IMG/VR virus record: IMGVR_UViG_3300042882_000732
Coordinates: 1 to 64,000 of that record
Length of the DNA stretch: 64,000 nt
Source of the DNA: an uncultured virus (IMG/VR IMGVR_UViG_3300042882_000732)
Lineage: Duplodnaviria > Heunggongvirae > Uroviricota > Caudoviricetes
Reading direction: 5' to 3' (one strand)
Positions 43,564 through 54,236 of this stretch are shown piece by piece. A program made the position numbers and the translations under genes. The notes under the pieces are model-generated. The model had not been told where the DNA came from. It worked only from the letters and a program-made list of their open reading frames with translations, and did no database searches. Position 1 is the first letter of the stretch; the number at the start of each line of letters is the position of its first letter.

Positions 43564-44370
43564 TTAATTTCTCCATATTTCTAGATTACTATATTTATTT
43601 ACTAATTCTTTACCTAAAATATCTAAACTGTCTTTGTATACAGATTTAACTTCTGATCTTATCGTATGTAAACCAGGTATTCTATGAACACCATCATCGT
43701 CTTCTTTAGTATATTGTTGTACATTATTAAAATCGTGTTGAAAGTTTGGAAATTCCAAATAATTATATATTTGTTTTAGGGTTTCATTAGGTTTTTGTGT
43801 TAAATCATCAAATTCAACAAAAAATAATTTATTTTTATATCCTCTATTTATAGCATCTTTAACACGATTGTATGCTAATCCGACAACTTGGCTTTGATGA
43901 GCTAAAATATCACATCTTCCTTCAATAGTTTGACTTTTAAAATAATCCTCTTTTTCAAAATGCCATTGAGTAGAACCTGTACTATTTCTCCATAGTTTTT
44001 CAAAACTACTAAAAATTTCTTTCATATCTCGCACAGGAACTATGATCTTTGGAGTATATCCTAATATAAATTCGGCCATCTCTATCAAACTTAGCCAGCC
44101 CCTACCCTTATCTACTATAAAATTTTTATCTGTAGAATGATAGCTATTAAGCACACTCTGTAGAACTCTTTTTAATTGATTTTTATCAATTCCTTCTGCT
44201 TTATGTTCGATTAAATTATCCCATTGATTTCGTATATTAAATAATATATCATGACATCCACTAGTAGCTTTACTAACAAATAAATTATCGTTTTGTGCTA
44301 ATATATTACAAAGAAGTGTGCTTCCAGAACGAGGAAGACCACTAATAAAAATAAAATTTTTCATTATCAT
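43564..44370 (-). CDS. Sulfotransferase-family protein
   Basis: 5'-PSB motif FISGLPRSGSTLL, VDK, and IIVPVRD...SS (3'-PB-like); start at the ATGA overlap with the fibre gene stop. Confidence 0.8.
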   Translation of the reverse strand: MIMKNFIFISGLPRSGSTLLCNILAQNDNLFVSKATSGCHDILFNIRNQWDNLIEHKAEGIDKNQLKRVLQSVLNSYHSTDKNFIVDKGRGWLSLIEMAEFILGYTPKIIVPVRDMKEIFSSFEKLWRNSTGSTQWHFEKEDYFKSQTIEGRCDILAHQSQVVGLAYNRVKDAINRGYKNKLFFVEFDDLTQKPNETLKQIYNYLEFPNFQHDFNNVQQYTKEDDDGVHRIPGLHTIRSEVKSVYKDSLDILGKELVNKYSNLEIWRN

Positions 44371-47300
44371 GTTCCATATTTTGTTTTGATGCAATCAACA
44401 ACAGCAACCCATCTCCATGTTTGACTACTTATTCCTGTAACTTTAATACTTAAAAAGTCATTTGTATTGTCAGCAGTGATACTGATACTTGTTCCAGCAG
44501 CCTCGTCTGTTCCTAGTGTTATTATAGATCCAACTAAACTGGTTGTTCCACCAACATTTTTTATAGTAAATTGTCTAAGATATCGAGCCACTGCTGAACC
44601 ATCACTACGAGATCCTATTATATTAATTGTTCCTGATAATATTTGACCGCTATTTATTGTTAATCGTACAGAAGCTCCGTCAAGACCCATTTCTGTAGCC
44701 GTATTATTCGTTGTTTTGGTTCTTAGTACAAATATACTGTGTTGAGCATCTCCATCATCAGCAAATTTTCCAGTAGCATGACTTATTTCGCCTCGACTGC
44801 TAGCCAAAGCATCTATACCACCAACAACAGCACTAGCATAACCACTTGCGGTATTTGATAATCCTCCAGCAATAGTAGATCCTGGACCACTAGCAAGATT
44901 GTTTGAGCCTCCGCACACTACAGAGTCACTATTTCCACTGGCTGTATTGTATCTTCCACCACCGACCGTGCTACCAGTAGCGGTCGCACTATTAGAATTT
45001 CCTCCACCAATTGTTGACTCGTATGAACTAGCGCTATTAGAAAATCCTCCTGCAACTGTACAATGGTATCCACTAGCGGTATTTGATATTCCTCCACCAA
45101 CTGTGGCAGCAACACCATCACAAGTATTATTTGATCCTCCTCCAATAACACTTTTTGTGAACAAACTATCACTATAGGTATCACTTCCAATAGTGTTATT
45201 TTCTCCTCCTCCGATGGTTGAATAGCTACTATAGATAGCATTACTATAGCCTCCTCCAACAAATGCATACAGACCATAGAAACTAGAATATGAACTTCCA
45301 GTATAGTTATATTGTCCTCCTGCTATAGTTGAATAGTTCGCAAAAGCACTTATGGTATTAGTTTTTCCACCAGCTATAGTAGAGGCGTCCGCACCAGCAG
45401 TATTATCATCTCCTCCACAAACTGTAGAAAGACTACCAGAAGCACTGTTACTATTTCCTCCACAAACTGCGGATATGTACCCAGCAGCACTATTACTTCT
45501 TCCTCCACCAACTATAGAGTATTCACCACTACTACTGTTATAACTTCCACCACTAATTGTTGACTTATTAGCGATAGCACTATTACCAATTCCTCCACCA
45601 ACTGTAGAATGCGGAGCACCAGCACTGTTACTCTGTCCTCCACCAACTATAGAATAGTTACCACCAGCACTATTACTGCTTCCTCCACCCACTGTTGACT
45701 TTTCCCCAACAGCAATATTATTTTCTCCTCCTCCAATTGTTGAGCAATTTCCTGGATAATAATCACCGCCAGCAGTATTGTTGCTTCCTCCTCCAATAGT
45801 ACATAGTGGACCCATAGCATTATTGTTTGACCCACCTCCTATAACACTATAACTACCATGAGCTACTCCAGAAACAGAAACTCTGCTTCTTTGTAAGTCT
45901 ACACTATATATGCCTCTTGAGTTTCCAGCATCATCTGCCTGTAATGCTCCGCTAGCATTTGGTTTTATTATTAGATTACCATTGGTATTGGTGGCAGATA
46001 TCATGTTATCAGTAACGCTTATGTTGCTAGCGATTATGCCGCTGCTAAATATTCCACTGCCGATAACATGTAGTTGTCCGCTTGGAGTTGATGTTCCAAT
46101 ACCAATATTATTACCACTTTGATAAATAATGCTATTACTTAATCCACTAGTACTATTCCATCGTGGTAAGTATCCTGATGTTGAAGCTCCAGTACCAGTA
46201 CCAGTAACAGGATTAGTTAAAATAGTTTGAAGTCCACTAGTATTGATTGTTATGGTCCCACTGCCATTAGTTATAGCTATTCCAGTACCAGCAGACAAAG
46301 TATTAGCAACTAAACTTGTTCCGCTACCAATTAGTAATTGTCCATTACTATAAGAAGTTATATTTGTACCGCCCTTATTAACTGGTAAAGTTCCAGTAAT
46401 TTGAGAAGTATTTATACTTGTTAATAATGCTAATGTTCCGCTAGTATTTGGCAGATTTACTACTATATTATTTCCATCTTCTGTTGTGGTACGCAATGTG
46501 GTATTAGCAGAAGCAAGGGTGGTTGCTGGAGTCACATCAAATATCAATCTATTAGCACTAACAGCAGCTCCATTATCATAGTAATTTATTACCCCCACAC
46601 CGCTATTACCGGCAAATAACAATCCACGACTAATAGTCAGAATTGGGTCATTAGCATTTAGACCTATTAATAATTCTCTAGAATCTATAACATTAGTAGA
46701 AGAGTCACTAAAATTAAAAGAATTACTACCTATACCCAGACCATTACTAGTTTTACCAAATAAAACAATAGCATCCTGAGACACTCCCAGTTCTATCGGA
46801 ACACCAGCACCATTACCAACTACTTTTAAACCATCAGCAAATGTTTTAACTCCACTAATAGTTTGAGTTCCAGTAGTTCTAACAATATTACTACTATCAA
46901 AATTACCACTATGCCAAACAATATTATTGTTAACTAATAATGCACTAGAGAATAATCCAGTACCAATAACATGAAGTTGACTAGTCGGAGTTGTTGTTCC
47001 AATACCAACATTAGTACCATTATCAAAAACTAGACTATTACCAATAGTCGAACCACCAGTAAACTTACTTATATAGTTAGTTGTTCCTCCGCTACTAGAT
47101 ATTACTCCAGTGCCATTCACACTTAAAGAAGTAAAATTCCCGCTACTACTAGGAACCCAGTAATCGGTGGATGAATTATATTGTAAGAATTGACCATTAG
47201 TCACCCCACTAACATTAACATCGTGGTTGTCATTCAAATGGCCATAACTAGTTGGTCTTACAAAAATTTTGCCATTACTAGCAGCATCCAAAATTATAGC

Positions 47301-47966
47301 AGTAGAAATAGAGTGTTTTGGTTCAACGTTGGTTAACTTACCAGATACAGTAGGGTGAACATATAATATGTCACCGTCTGCCCAAGTTTCATTTCCAACA
47401 GCTATATTGCTTGCTACATTTCCGCGAGTGTCAATTTCTGTTACATGTCCAAACTGTATAGCATAACCATTATTATTATTATTTATATTTTCTAAAATGA
47501 GTCCAATGAAACGGACTTCACGAACACTACCATTTGCAACATATAGGGACGGTGTAATAATTCCATTGCTGTGAACACCAGTAGCATAAACAGCTTGGCC
47601 TTTATAAAGCACAGACCCAGTTTGATTTCTTACTCTATAAAAATTATGTTGGCCAATATGAATATCAGTATTATCTGTAAGAGCTACATTAACAGTACCT
47701 TCGGTGTCATTCCATCCAATTTGACCTCTTAATAAATCGGGTTCAACATTGGTATTAAATTGGATAGTCTGAAATGTACCACTAGCTGGGGTAATATATG
47801 TTCCACTTATACTACTAACACCAAGATTAATAATAGCATTACTACTATTTTTAGTATATAATTTACCATCTCCTATATTTATTCCTAATTCACCTTGGCT
47901 TAGTCCAGTAGCTAGCGGAACAGCACCAGGAGTGCTACTCCTTTTATGTTGTATAATATTTGGCAT
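44367..47966 (-). CDS. Tail/head fibre protein with Gly-rich GGxxNxA repeats
   Basis: N-terminal HKRSS...GELGINIGDGKLY, two GIGTxTP...LHV motifs, many roughly 15-aa S(T/V)(I/V)xGGxxNxA repeats, C-terminal beta domain. Confidence 0.8.
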   Translation of the reverse strand: MPNIIQHKRSSTPGAVPLATGLSQGELGINIGDGKLYTKNSSNAIINLGVSSISGTYITPASGTFQTIQFNTNVEPDLLRGQIGWNDTEGTVNVALTDNTDIHIGQHNFYRVRNQTGSVLYKGQAVYATGVHSNGIITPSLYVANGSVREVRFIGLILENINNNNNGYAIQFGHVTEIDTRGNVASNIAVGNETWADGDILYVHPTVSGKLTNVEPKHSISTAIILDAASNGKIFVRPTSYGHLNDNHDVNVSGVTNGQFLQYNSSTDYWVPSSSGNFTSLSVNGTGVISSSGGTTNYISKFTGGSTIGNSLVFDNGTNVGIGTTTPTSQLHVIGTGLFSSALLVNNNIVWHSGNFDSSNIVRTTGTQTISGVKTFADGLKVVGNGAGVPIELGVSQDAIVLFGKTSNGLGIGSNSFNFSDSSTNVIDSRELLIGLNANDPILTISRGLLFAGNSGVGVINYYDNGAAVSANRLIFDVTPATTLASANTTLRTTTEDGNNIVVNLPNTSGTLALLTSINTSQITGTLPVNKGGTNITSYSNGQLLIGSGTSLVANTLSAGTGIAITNGSGTITINTSGLQTILTNPVTGTGTGASTSGYLPRWNSTSGLSNSIIYQSGNNIGIGTSTPSGQLHVIGSGIFSSGIIASNISVTDNMISATNTNGNLIIKPNASGALQADDAGNSRGIYSVDLQRSRVSVSGVAHGSYSVIGGGSNNNAMGPLCTIGGGSNNTAGGDYYPGNCSTIGGGENNIAVGEKSTVGGGSSNSAGGNYSIVGGGQSNSAGAPHSTVGGGIGNSAIANKSTISGGSYNSSSGEYSIVGGGRSNSAAGYISAVCGGNSNSASGSLSTVCGGDDNTAGADASTIAGGKTNTISAFANYSTIAGGQYNYTGSSYSSFYGLYAFVGGGYSNAIYSSYSTIGGGENNTIGSDTYSDSLFTKSVIGGGSNNTCDGVAATVGGGISNTASGYHCTVAGGFSNSASSYESTIGGGNSNSATATGSTVGGGRYNTASGNSDSVVCGGSNNLASGPGSTIAGGLSNTASGYASAVVGGIDALASSRGEISHATGKFADDGDAQHSIFVLRTKTTNNTATEMGLDGASVRLTINSGQILSGTINIIGSRSDGSAVARYLRQFTIKNVGGTTSLVGSIITLGTDEAAGTSISITADNTNDFLSIKVTGISSQTWRWVAVVDCIKTKYGT

Positions 47967-47984
47967 TTAATTTTCTCTAACTAT

Positions 47985-50900
47985 TTAGAACGTTCCGCCA
48001 TCTAGTGAGCAATCAACAATAGCAGCACATACTGTTCCTGCGGTTAAGTATGTTGCCGTGGTTACTGCTGTAACGTGTCCCATTCCATCAACAGTAAAAC
48101 TAGCAATACCATTACTTCCTTGGGCACCAGTCAATGTTGAAGTATCATTATGGCCAATCGTTATGCTGCCACCTCCATTAGTAATATCTATTGCTGTTCC
48201 TTGTGTCAATGTGGCTTTAGTTAATGTGTTACCAGTAGTATTGCCTATTAATAATTGACCATTAGTATAAGAAGTTTGGCCGGTTCCTCCTTTGTCAACA
48301 GCAATCGTGGTTGCATTCCATGTTCCAGTAACCACTGTGCCGAGAGTTGTAAGATTAGCACTACCAGCCCAAGTACTAAGAGCAGTATTCTCTACATTAC
48401 TTAATCCTACCTTAGATTTGGCTAAACTAGTTATCCATGATGGGTCGGCATATGAACCATTAGTATATACTCCATTGGTTACTGTACCAGCATTACCTGT
48501 TACACTAATATTCCAAGTACCAGTAGCATTAGTTCCGCTTATAGAAGGCGCACCAATACTGTTATAAGAAATTGTTCTGGCCGCACTACCATTAAATGTA
48601 AAACTAGAACTATCTCCGGCTCCACCATTATTAACGGTAATAGAATTTGTGGTATTTCTAGTATCACTCAGTCTGCTATCATTACCTTGACAAAAAGTAT
48701 TAGCTGTTGATCCAAAGCTTCCTGTTGTTAATGCTCCAGCAGTTGTTGTTATAATTGGCAAGTTTGCTGTTGATCCTATAGCTCCAGCATTTGTTATGTT
48801 TCCGTGAGTGTGATTAGCAGTAGCAAAACTACTAGAATTTAAAGAGCTGTCTCTAACAATCTTTCCTGTTGTTCCATCAAACATAGCAAAGTTGCCGCTA
48901 GTGGCGCTAGTTGGGCCGGTTACTAAAATACTAGCATCAACAATGTTTGTTTGTAAAATATTCCAATTACTACCAACAGAGGCATGAGTGCCAGCAGCAG
49001 TACCGTCTGTTCCACAAATTATTGTATCGTTAACTTCTACTACTGGGCCAGAAGCCCCACCAATTCTACCAGCAACACTAATTTTATATACCCAACCTCT
49101 ATCGGCCGCTGGATAATTAGGATTAGTTGAACAGTCTATTGTTCCCTTGAAAATCATAGCATCATTGGTGGCAATGCCACTACCAATCATATTGTCAACA
49201 TAGGTTTTAACAGCATCCGCTCTTGGTAATGCTGATGATCCACCAGTTAGTATTGTTTCAACACTATAAGGGGCCGATATTGCATTAGTTCCATTACCCA
49301 CAAGGATATTATTAGAGGTTAGCGTGGTGGCTCCAGTGCCTCCTTTATCCACAGAGATTGTGGATGCTCTCCATTCACCATTAGTTATAGCGGCTCCTCC
49401 AACAAGATCAAAAGCTATTCTGAATGGAGCAGTTGTGATATCCGAATGAGTACCCACTAACAAATATCCAGAAGATGCACCTTGTTGACCAGTATAATAA
49501 TCAAAATAATTGTCTCCACCGCCAACAATATTCAAAGATGGTATATTAGCAAAGGATCCAGTATGGGATATATTTATTCTATTACCAAAAGTCTTAACTC
49601 CATTAATGCTTTGATTGCCAGTTGTGCGAACAACAGTACTATCAACAGCAATACTATCGGCACTAACGGTTATACCATCTCCCTGACCAATATTAAATGT
49701 TCTATCAGCACTAAGATCTCCCCCACCAACCAATCCACTTCCAGCAGTTAAAGTTCTAGACGATAAAGCAAGTCCTGTTGCTGCTATTGTGATAGTACCA
49801 GAACCGTTGGTAATTTGAACATTAGAACCAGCTGTTAAAGTATTAGCTGCAAGACCTGTACCACTACCAATTAATAACTGACCATTAGAGTATGAAGATC
49901 GTCCAGTACCACCTCTATTTACTTCTATTTGCTCACCCCTCCAAAAACCTTGAGTGACAGCACCATAACCATTATATCCGGTTGGATCGATTATAAAAGG
50001 AAATAAACTATTGTAACTTACGTTATCAAATGTTGTAATTGCATTTAAATTTATACTATTATTTAGCTGACTAGCATTGTTAATAAAAGAAGCAAGCTGT
50101 CCACCGCCATCGCCCCAATTGATGACTAGTGCATTTCCAGTTAAATAATTTATTGTATCCCCAATACTAATACCGCTATTGAATGTGGATGCATTGCCAA
50201 ATGTTTTGCTTCCATTGATAGTTTGAGTTCCCGTTGTTCTTACTACAGTATTGTCAACAGCAATAGCATCAGCACTTACGCTAATACCATCACCTTGACC
50301 AATATTAAATGTTCTATTAGCAGCTAATGTTCCTCCACCAGCTAATCCACTTCCAGCAGTAAATGTTACTGATGATAATGCTGTATTTTCAACATTTCCT
50401 AGTCCAATATCTCCCTTAACCTGTGCTGCTGTTCGAGCTTTAATAACTCCGCCATTAGAATAATTTGTAAAAGCTGCAAAGTGAGTTCCTGATGAGCTTG
50501 TTGTAGCAGCAGCTACGTCCACTCCTGTGCCGTTGCCACCATCTCCTATTTGAACTCCAGAACTTCCAGTTAAAATAACTTTACCAAAAGTAGATTCTAT
50601 AGTAGTATTGCCAATAGTTCCATTTTCTAGTGACATATCTTTATCATACCAACCTAGTGCATTATATCTGTAGTTGCTGGTAAAAAGACCAATAGAAGCC
50701 GTATCAGCATCCATAAGGACATTAGAACCAGCACCACCAGAACCAATTATTCTAATAGTATCTTCTACAAACACAGTAGATCTAAATGTTTTTTCCCCAT
50801 TAACATTTTGATTTCCTGTTGTATAAACAGCATTTGTTGCGTAGGCGGAGTTTCCATTGATACTTATTGGCCATGTTCCAGTAGCATTAGTTCCACCTCT

Positions 50901-51092
50901 TAATGAATATGCTCCACTACCAGCTATAGCAGGCACCGCTGTTGATATTCCACCTACTCCGCTTCCATAAGCATAATATAAAATATTATCATTTTCATTA
51001 AAGGCTAATTCTCCATTATATAGTGATGCTGCTGATGGTGATCCAGCAGATCCGCTTGATGGTCTTCTTTTAATTCTGATAGTATTGGCCAT
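47985..51092 (-). CDS. Long fibre protein with internal repeats
   Basis: MANTIRIKRR...GELAFNE; duplicated TAGSGLxGGG...GQGDGIxVSAD.IAVD.TVVRTTG; VENTALS x2; ends LDGGTF. Confidence 0.8.
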   Translation of the reverse strand: MANTIRIKRRPSSGSAGSPSAASLYNGELAFNENDNILYYAYGSGVGGISTAVPAIAGSGAYSLRGGTNATGTWPISINGNSAYATNAVYTTGNQNVNGEKTFRSTVFVEDTIRIIGSGGAGSNVLMDADTASIGLFTSNYRYNALGWYDKDMSLENGTIGNTTIESTFGKVILTGSSGVQIGDGGNGTGVDVAAATTSSSGTHFAAFTNYSNGGVIKARTAAQVKGDIGLGNVENTALSSVTFTAGSGLAGGGTLAANRTFNIGQGDGISVSADAIAVDNTVVRTTGTQTINGSKTFGNASTFNSGISIGDTINYLTGNALVINWGDGGGQLASFINNASQLNNSINLNAITTFDNVSYNSLFPFIIDPTGYNGYGAVTQGFWRGEQIEVNRGGTGRSSYSNGQLLIGSGTGLAANTLTAGSNVQITNGSGTITIAATGLALSSRTLTAGSGLVGGGDLSADRTFNIGQGDGITVSADSIAVDSTVVRTTGNQSINGVKTFGNRINISHTGSFANIPSLNIVGGGDNYFDYYTGQQGASSGYLLVGTHSDITTAPFRIAFDLVGGAAITNGEWRASTISVDKGGTGATTLTSNNILVGNGTNAISAPYSVETILTGGSSALPRADAVKTYVDNMIGSGIATNDAMIFKGTIDCSTNPNYPAADRGWVYKISVAGRIGGASGPVVEVNDTIICGTDGTAAGTHASVGSNWNILQTNIVDASILVTGPTSATSGNFAMFDGTTGKIVRDSSLNSSSFATANHTHGNITNAGAIGSTANLPIITTTAGALTTGSFGSTANTFCQGNDSRLSDTRNTTNSITVNNGGAGDSSSFTFNGSAARTISYNSIGAPSISGTNATGTWNISVTGNAGTVTNGVYTNGSYADPSWITSLAKSKVGLSNVENTALSTWAGSANLTTLGTVVTGTWNATTIAVDKGGTGQTSYTNGQLLIGNTTGNTLTKATLTQGTAIDITNGGGSITIGHNDTSTLTGAQGSNGIASFTVDGMGHVTAVTTATYLTAGTVCAAIVDCSLDGGTF

Positions 51093-51141
51093 TTTAACCT
51101 CTATTGATTGGATTATTTTATTTAAAAGAACTATTATAAAT

Positions 51142-51147
51142 TACACC
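51142..51147 (-). promoter_or_regulatory. Putative late promoter element GGTGTA
   Basis: GGTGTAATTTATAAT about 49 nt upstream of 51092. Confidence 0.65.
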
Positions 51148-51852
51148 TTAAACCATCCCTCCATCGATCTCAGTCGAATTCTTCCAATTTTGACTAGTTG
51201 TGTCATATTTTATTAAGCTATTATCTAAAAGAGAGTTTGTAAAAGCAATTTCATTTAATTGACTAAGCCTTGGATTTATAAAAGATCTGGCTAAAATTAC
51301 TCCATTAACAGGATTGGCACTAGATATAATACCTACTAGTATAATGTTTTTATTTGGTTTAATCTTTGTAAGTTTGCCATAATCAAATGGGTGTACATAT
51401 AAAACATCGCCATTAGACCAAGACTCATTGCCGTCTGATATATTAGAAATTGCTCCACTAGTATCAAGATTATATATACTTCCAAAATTGACAATGAATC
51501 CATAATCTCCATCAGAAGCGTATTCTAACATTAACCCTGCATATAGCTGTTCAGATATGGTGCCATTGGCAATGTATGGGCTTACTAATGGTACGCTATA
51601 TTCTGTATCATAACCTGTAAAATATACGGCTTGTCCCTTTTGTATAGAAAACCCGGTATTATTATAAACTTTAATTAAATTTTCTGATGTACCAATATAG
51701 TTTAAATTATTCCACCTCAAAGATCCATCGCCAATTTTAAGTCTTCCTGTATCTATTTCAAATCCCATCTCGCCGTTTGCTAAAATAGGATTTGCTGAAA
51801 CCCATTGTGATTTTGTTCCTCTTCTAATTTGTACTAAATTTCCGCGAGGCAT
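51148..51852 (-). CDS. Fibre protein with Mtd_N (major tropism determinant N-terminal)-like domain
   Basis: VQIRRGT...W..ANPILANGEMGFEIDTGRLKIGDG..W..L.Y; second domain similar to part of the 44367..47966 N-terminal region (KGQAVY, GDxLYVHP). Confidence 0.75.
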   Translation of the reverse strand: MPRGNLVQIRRGTKSQWVSANPILANGEMGFEIDTGRLKIGDGSLRWNNLNYIGTSENLIKVYNNTGFSIQKGQAVYFTGYDTEYSVPLVSPYIANGTISEQLYAGLMLEYASDGDYGFIVNFGSIYNLDTSGAISNISDGNESWSNGDVLYVHPFDYGKLTKIKPNKNIILVGIISSANPVNGVILARSFINPRLSQLNEIAFTNSLLDNSLIKYDTTSQNWKNSTEIDGGMV

Positions 51853-52136
51853 TATGGAGTACCTCCATTTATAGAAATAGCAGATTGTTGAGGAATAAAT
51901 GACTGTATATATGTTGCTAGACCACTAACTCTTGTGTGCGGTAAATCTCCAACAGTATCATTAATAGGATAGCCTGTTGGTAATTCTAAGAGAGATAATG
52001 TTGGATATTGAGAAGTTATATTTATTTGTGCATTACCGTATCTATCTATTTCTACTATATTAATATCGTCTATTTTACCAGATTCTATTGTTAGATTAGA
52101 ATACTCTAAATCAACAGTAACAGTATAATCGTTCAT
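51852..52136 (-). CDS. Small hypothetical virion protein
   Basis: Start either 52145 or the ATGA overlap at 52136; ends INGGTP. Confidence 0.55.
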   Translation of the reverse strand: MNDYTVTVDLEYSNLTIESGKIDDINIVEIDRYGNAQINITSQYPTLSLLELPTGYPINDTVGDLPHTRVSGLATYIQSFIPQQSAISINGGTP

Positions 52137-52537
52137 GGTTGACACTCCAACAATGAAGAAGAAGTGCTGAATCTTTTTACAATAATTATTGTTCCATATA
52201 ATAATCTAATAATCTCATTACCACCACCAGAATACATTTCATTAGGACTTTCTAATTCTAAATCATATTTAGCATTTTCAAATAAAAATCCATTTGTTGT
52301 TACTGCTGGTATTTGTAATAAAATTCGTCCTTGAACACCAGATATTTGAAATTTATATATACTATGATCTAAATTATTAGTATTAAATGTTTGTGTTACT
52401 CCCTCATCTGTGGTCCATGTTAATCTGGCGCACCAACCAGTAATATTAATTGGATTATCATCGTTATCTTTATATGTTAAAGATAATTTATAAGATGCTC
52501 CTTGTTCAATAGAAAAGTCATATTTTGATGCTGGCAT
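52133..52537 (-). CDS. IEQG-type adaptor (BppU-like) protein
   Basis: YDFSIEQGA...PINITG..AR...YDLEL...RLLYG.I pattern. Confidence 0.6.
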   Translation of the reverse strand: MPASKYDFSIEQGASYKLSLTYKDNDDNPINITGWCARLTWTTDEGVTQTFNTNNLDHSIYKFQISGVQGRILLQIPAVTTNGFLFENAKYDLELESPNEMYSGGGNEIIRLLYGTIIIVKRFSTSSSLLECQP

Positions 52538-52555
52538 ATTTTGACCTTTAAAATA

Positions 52556-53071
52556 TTATGAATATAGATTTCTGCCTCTGTCATTAGTATACGGTAACAT
52601 CTCAGGATCAAATCTATTACCAACAAAAGGACTGAGTATAGCGGCGATGGCTGTGGCATTTTGCACATCCCAATGTTCTGCTAAATCAGAATATAGTTTA
52701 CACGGACCATGATCTATAATAGACTGCCATCCTGCCAAACTACCGGCAACAGATAGTTGTGCTGGGCCTAGGGCAGCCCTTATGCCTTCTAAAGAAGCCT
52801 TGGTTCTGAAATTACTTTGATCTAGTATGCATGCTGTTTTTAATCCAACTAAACTAACAAATATACTATCGTTATATATAGTAGGATCTGGAGTTATTTC
52901 TGGTTTAACAACATTAACTTCATATGATCTGTCAAGAACAACTTCGAATTGAACATATTTAGCTGCTACTGCTATGGTCTGATATAATCTTTGATCACTA
53001 TAAGAATACGGCTGATTAATATCATTAATTAATATTCTTACTATTGATACTATTTCTTTTTGCCATGACAT
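52556..53071 (-). CDS. Putative head-tail connector/adaptor, copy 1
   Basis: First gene after the MCP; IVRILIND...YSD pattern typical of adaptor N-termini; GGAG RBS. Confidence 0.6.
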   Translation of the reverse strand: MSWQKEIVSIVRILINDINQPYSYSDQRLYQTIAVAAKYVQFEVVLDRSYEVNVVKPEITPDPTIYNDSIFVSLVGLKTACILDQSNFRTKASLEGIRAALGPAQLSVAGSLAGWQSIIDHGPCKLYSDLAEHWDVQNATAIAAILSPFVGNRFDPEMLPYTNDRGRNLYS

Positions 53072-53106
53072 TATGAAGTCTCCAAGAGTGGTGGACTATA
53101 TTATTT

Positions 53107-53112
53107 TACACC
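53107..53112 (-). promoter_or_regulatory. Putative late promoter element GGTGTA
   Basis: GGTGTAAAATAATATA just downstream of the MCP terminator. Confidence 0.65.
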
Positions 53113-53123
53113 TTATATATAAC

Positions 53124-53147
53124 AAAAAAGGCTGGCAAAAGCCAGCC
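53124..53147 (-). terminator. Intrinsic terminator after major capsid gene
   Basis: GGCTGGC-TTTT-GCCAGCC followed by T6. Confidence 0.85.
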
Positions 53148-53179
53148 CAGTTTGTCATATAGAAATATGATTGTTTATA

Positions 53180-54202
53180 TTAGAGTGAGCCAAGAAGCAC
53201 TCTACGATTGTCTAGAACTGCGAAGCCCTGTTCAGCCCATCCGTAGAATCCGGCTCTCTTTTGACGATGTAGTGTATTATCTTCAAAAATTTGAACCTCT
53301 TCACGAACTGGCATTACAAAACTGTCTCTCTTGCGTAGATCAAGACCAACAACAACTTCAACGTCGGTGTTTGGTGATGACTGTGGCATAGAGCCACCGA
53401 GAGTACTTGTGTAATACAACTGATACTCTTGGCCTTCTCCTAGCTCGTCGATATCATGTAGATTGATACCGAATACGCGATTCAAAGAACCATCAGCAGC
53501 AGTGTAGATTTCGCGTCTGGTTGTTTCATCAACTTGATCAACACCCCAGTTACGAATATCTTCCATAGCCTCTGGACTGACATAAAGATCAGTTAGTTGG
53601 CCACGGTTATTACTAGCAGAGTTACCTCCGCCGTTTCTACGCATTACTGTTTTCATCAAACTTACCAATCTCTTGGTAAATTGACCAACAGCAGCATCGC
53701 TGTCGAATACAACAATATTACGATCATAGCCAGCAGCAAGAATGGTGTGCCAACCATCATCATTCATCTTCTTAACAAATTGAGCTTCTAAAACTTCCAT
53801 TGCACGACCAACGACATCCCAACGGGCATCGCGGGCATACTTTAGAAGATAGTCGATACTAGCTCCAATGTCATAGGTTGGAACCATGACGTAGTCGCTC
53901 TCAACATGACGCTCTGGAATATATCCATGATTAGGAATTGTATAAGCAACAAAGTCCTTTTCGGTGCCAGGAGCAAGAAAATCTAAGGGGAACTCTGGGG
54001 TAGCACTTTGAGCCAAACGAATTGGTTCAAAGATACCGCTCAGAATATCGCCACTAAGAACGCCCTGCCTTAGAGGTAATTCTAGAGCTTTAGCAAACTC
54101 TCTGTTTGCACTTAGAGATACTTCTGCATTTAGTGAGCCAGAACGAACAAGCAGATCTGTTAATTCTGGAGTCGGTTGAAAAACCTGTGTGTCTCTAGCC
54201 AT
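53180..54202 (-). CDS. Major capsid protein (HK97-fold expected)
   Basis: 340 aa after the protease and decoration genes; LYVSPE, and C-terminal GFYGWAEQGFAVLD typical of the HK97 fold; higher GC, strong RBS, followed by a terminator. Confidence 0.85.
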   Translation of the reverse strand: MARDTQVFQPTPELTDLLVRSGSLNAEVSLSANREFAKALELPLRQGVLSGDILSGIFEPIRLAQSATPEFPLDFLAPGTEKDFVAYTIPNHGYIPERHVESDYVMVPTYDIGASIDYLLKYARDARWDVVGRAMEVLEAQFVKKMNDDGWHTILAAGYDRNIVVFDSDAAVGQFTKRLVSLMKTVMRRNGGGNSASNNRGQLTDLYVSPEAMEDIRNWGVDQVDETTRREIYTAADGSLNRVFGINLHDIDELGEGQEYQLYYTSTLGGSMPQSSPNTDVEVVVGLDLRKRDSFVMPVREEVQIFEDNTLHRQKRAGFYGWAEQGFAVLDNRRVLLGSL

Positions 54203-54236
54203 TTTTAGTTCTCCCTTGATTTATTGATTAATTTAA

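Noticed and set aside
44800..45850. GGAGGA-rich periodic DNA
   Set aside because: Explained by GGxxNxA protein repeats of the fibre gene; also distinct from the TMP GG motif.
2219..51852. Diversity-generating retroelement, suggested by the Mtd_N-like and FGE-fold domains
   Set aside because: No reverse transcriptase ORF and no template/variable repeat pair noticed in this window; one could lie elsewhere.
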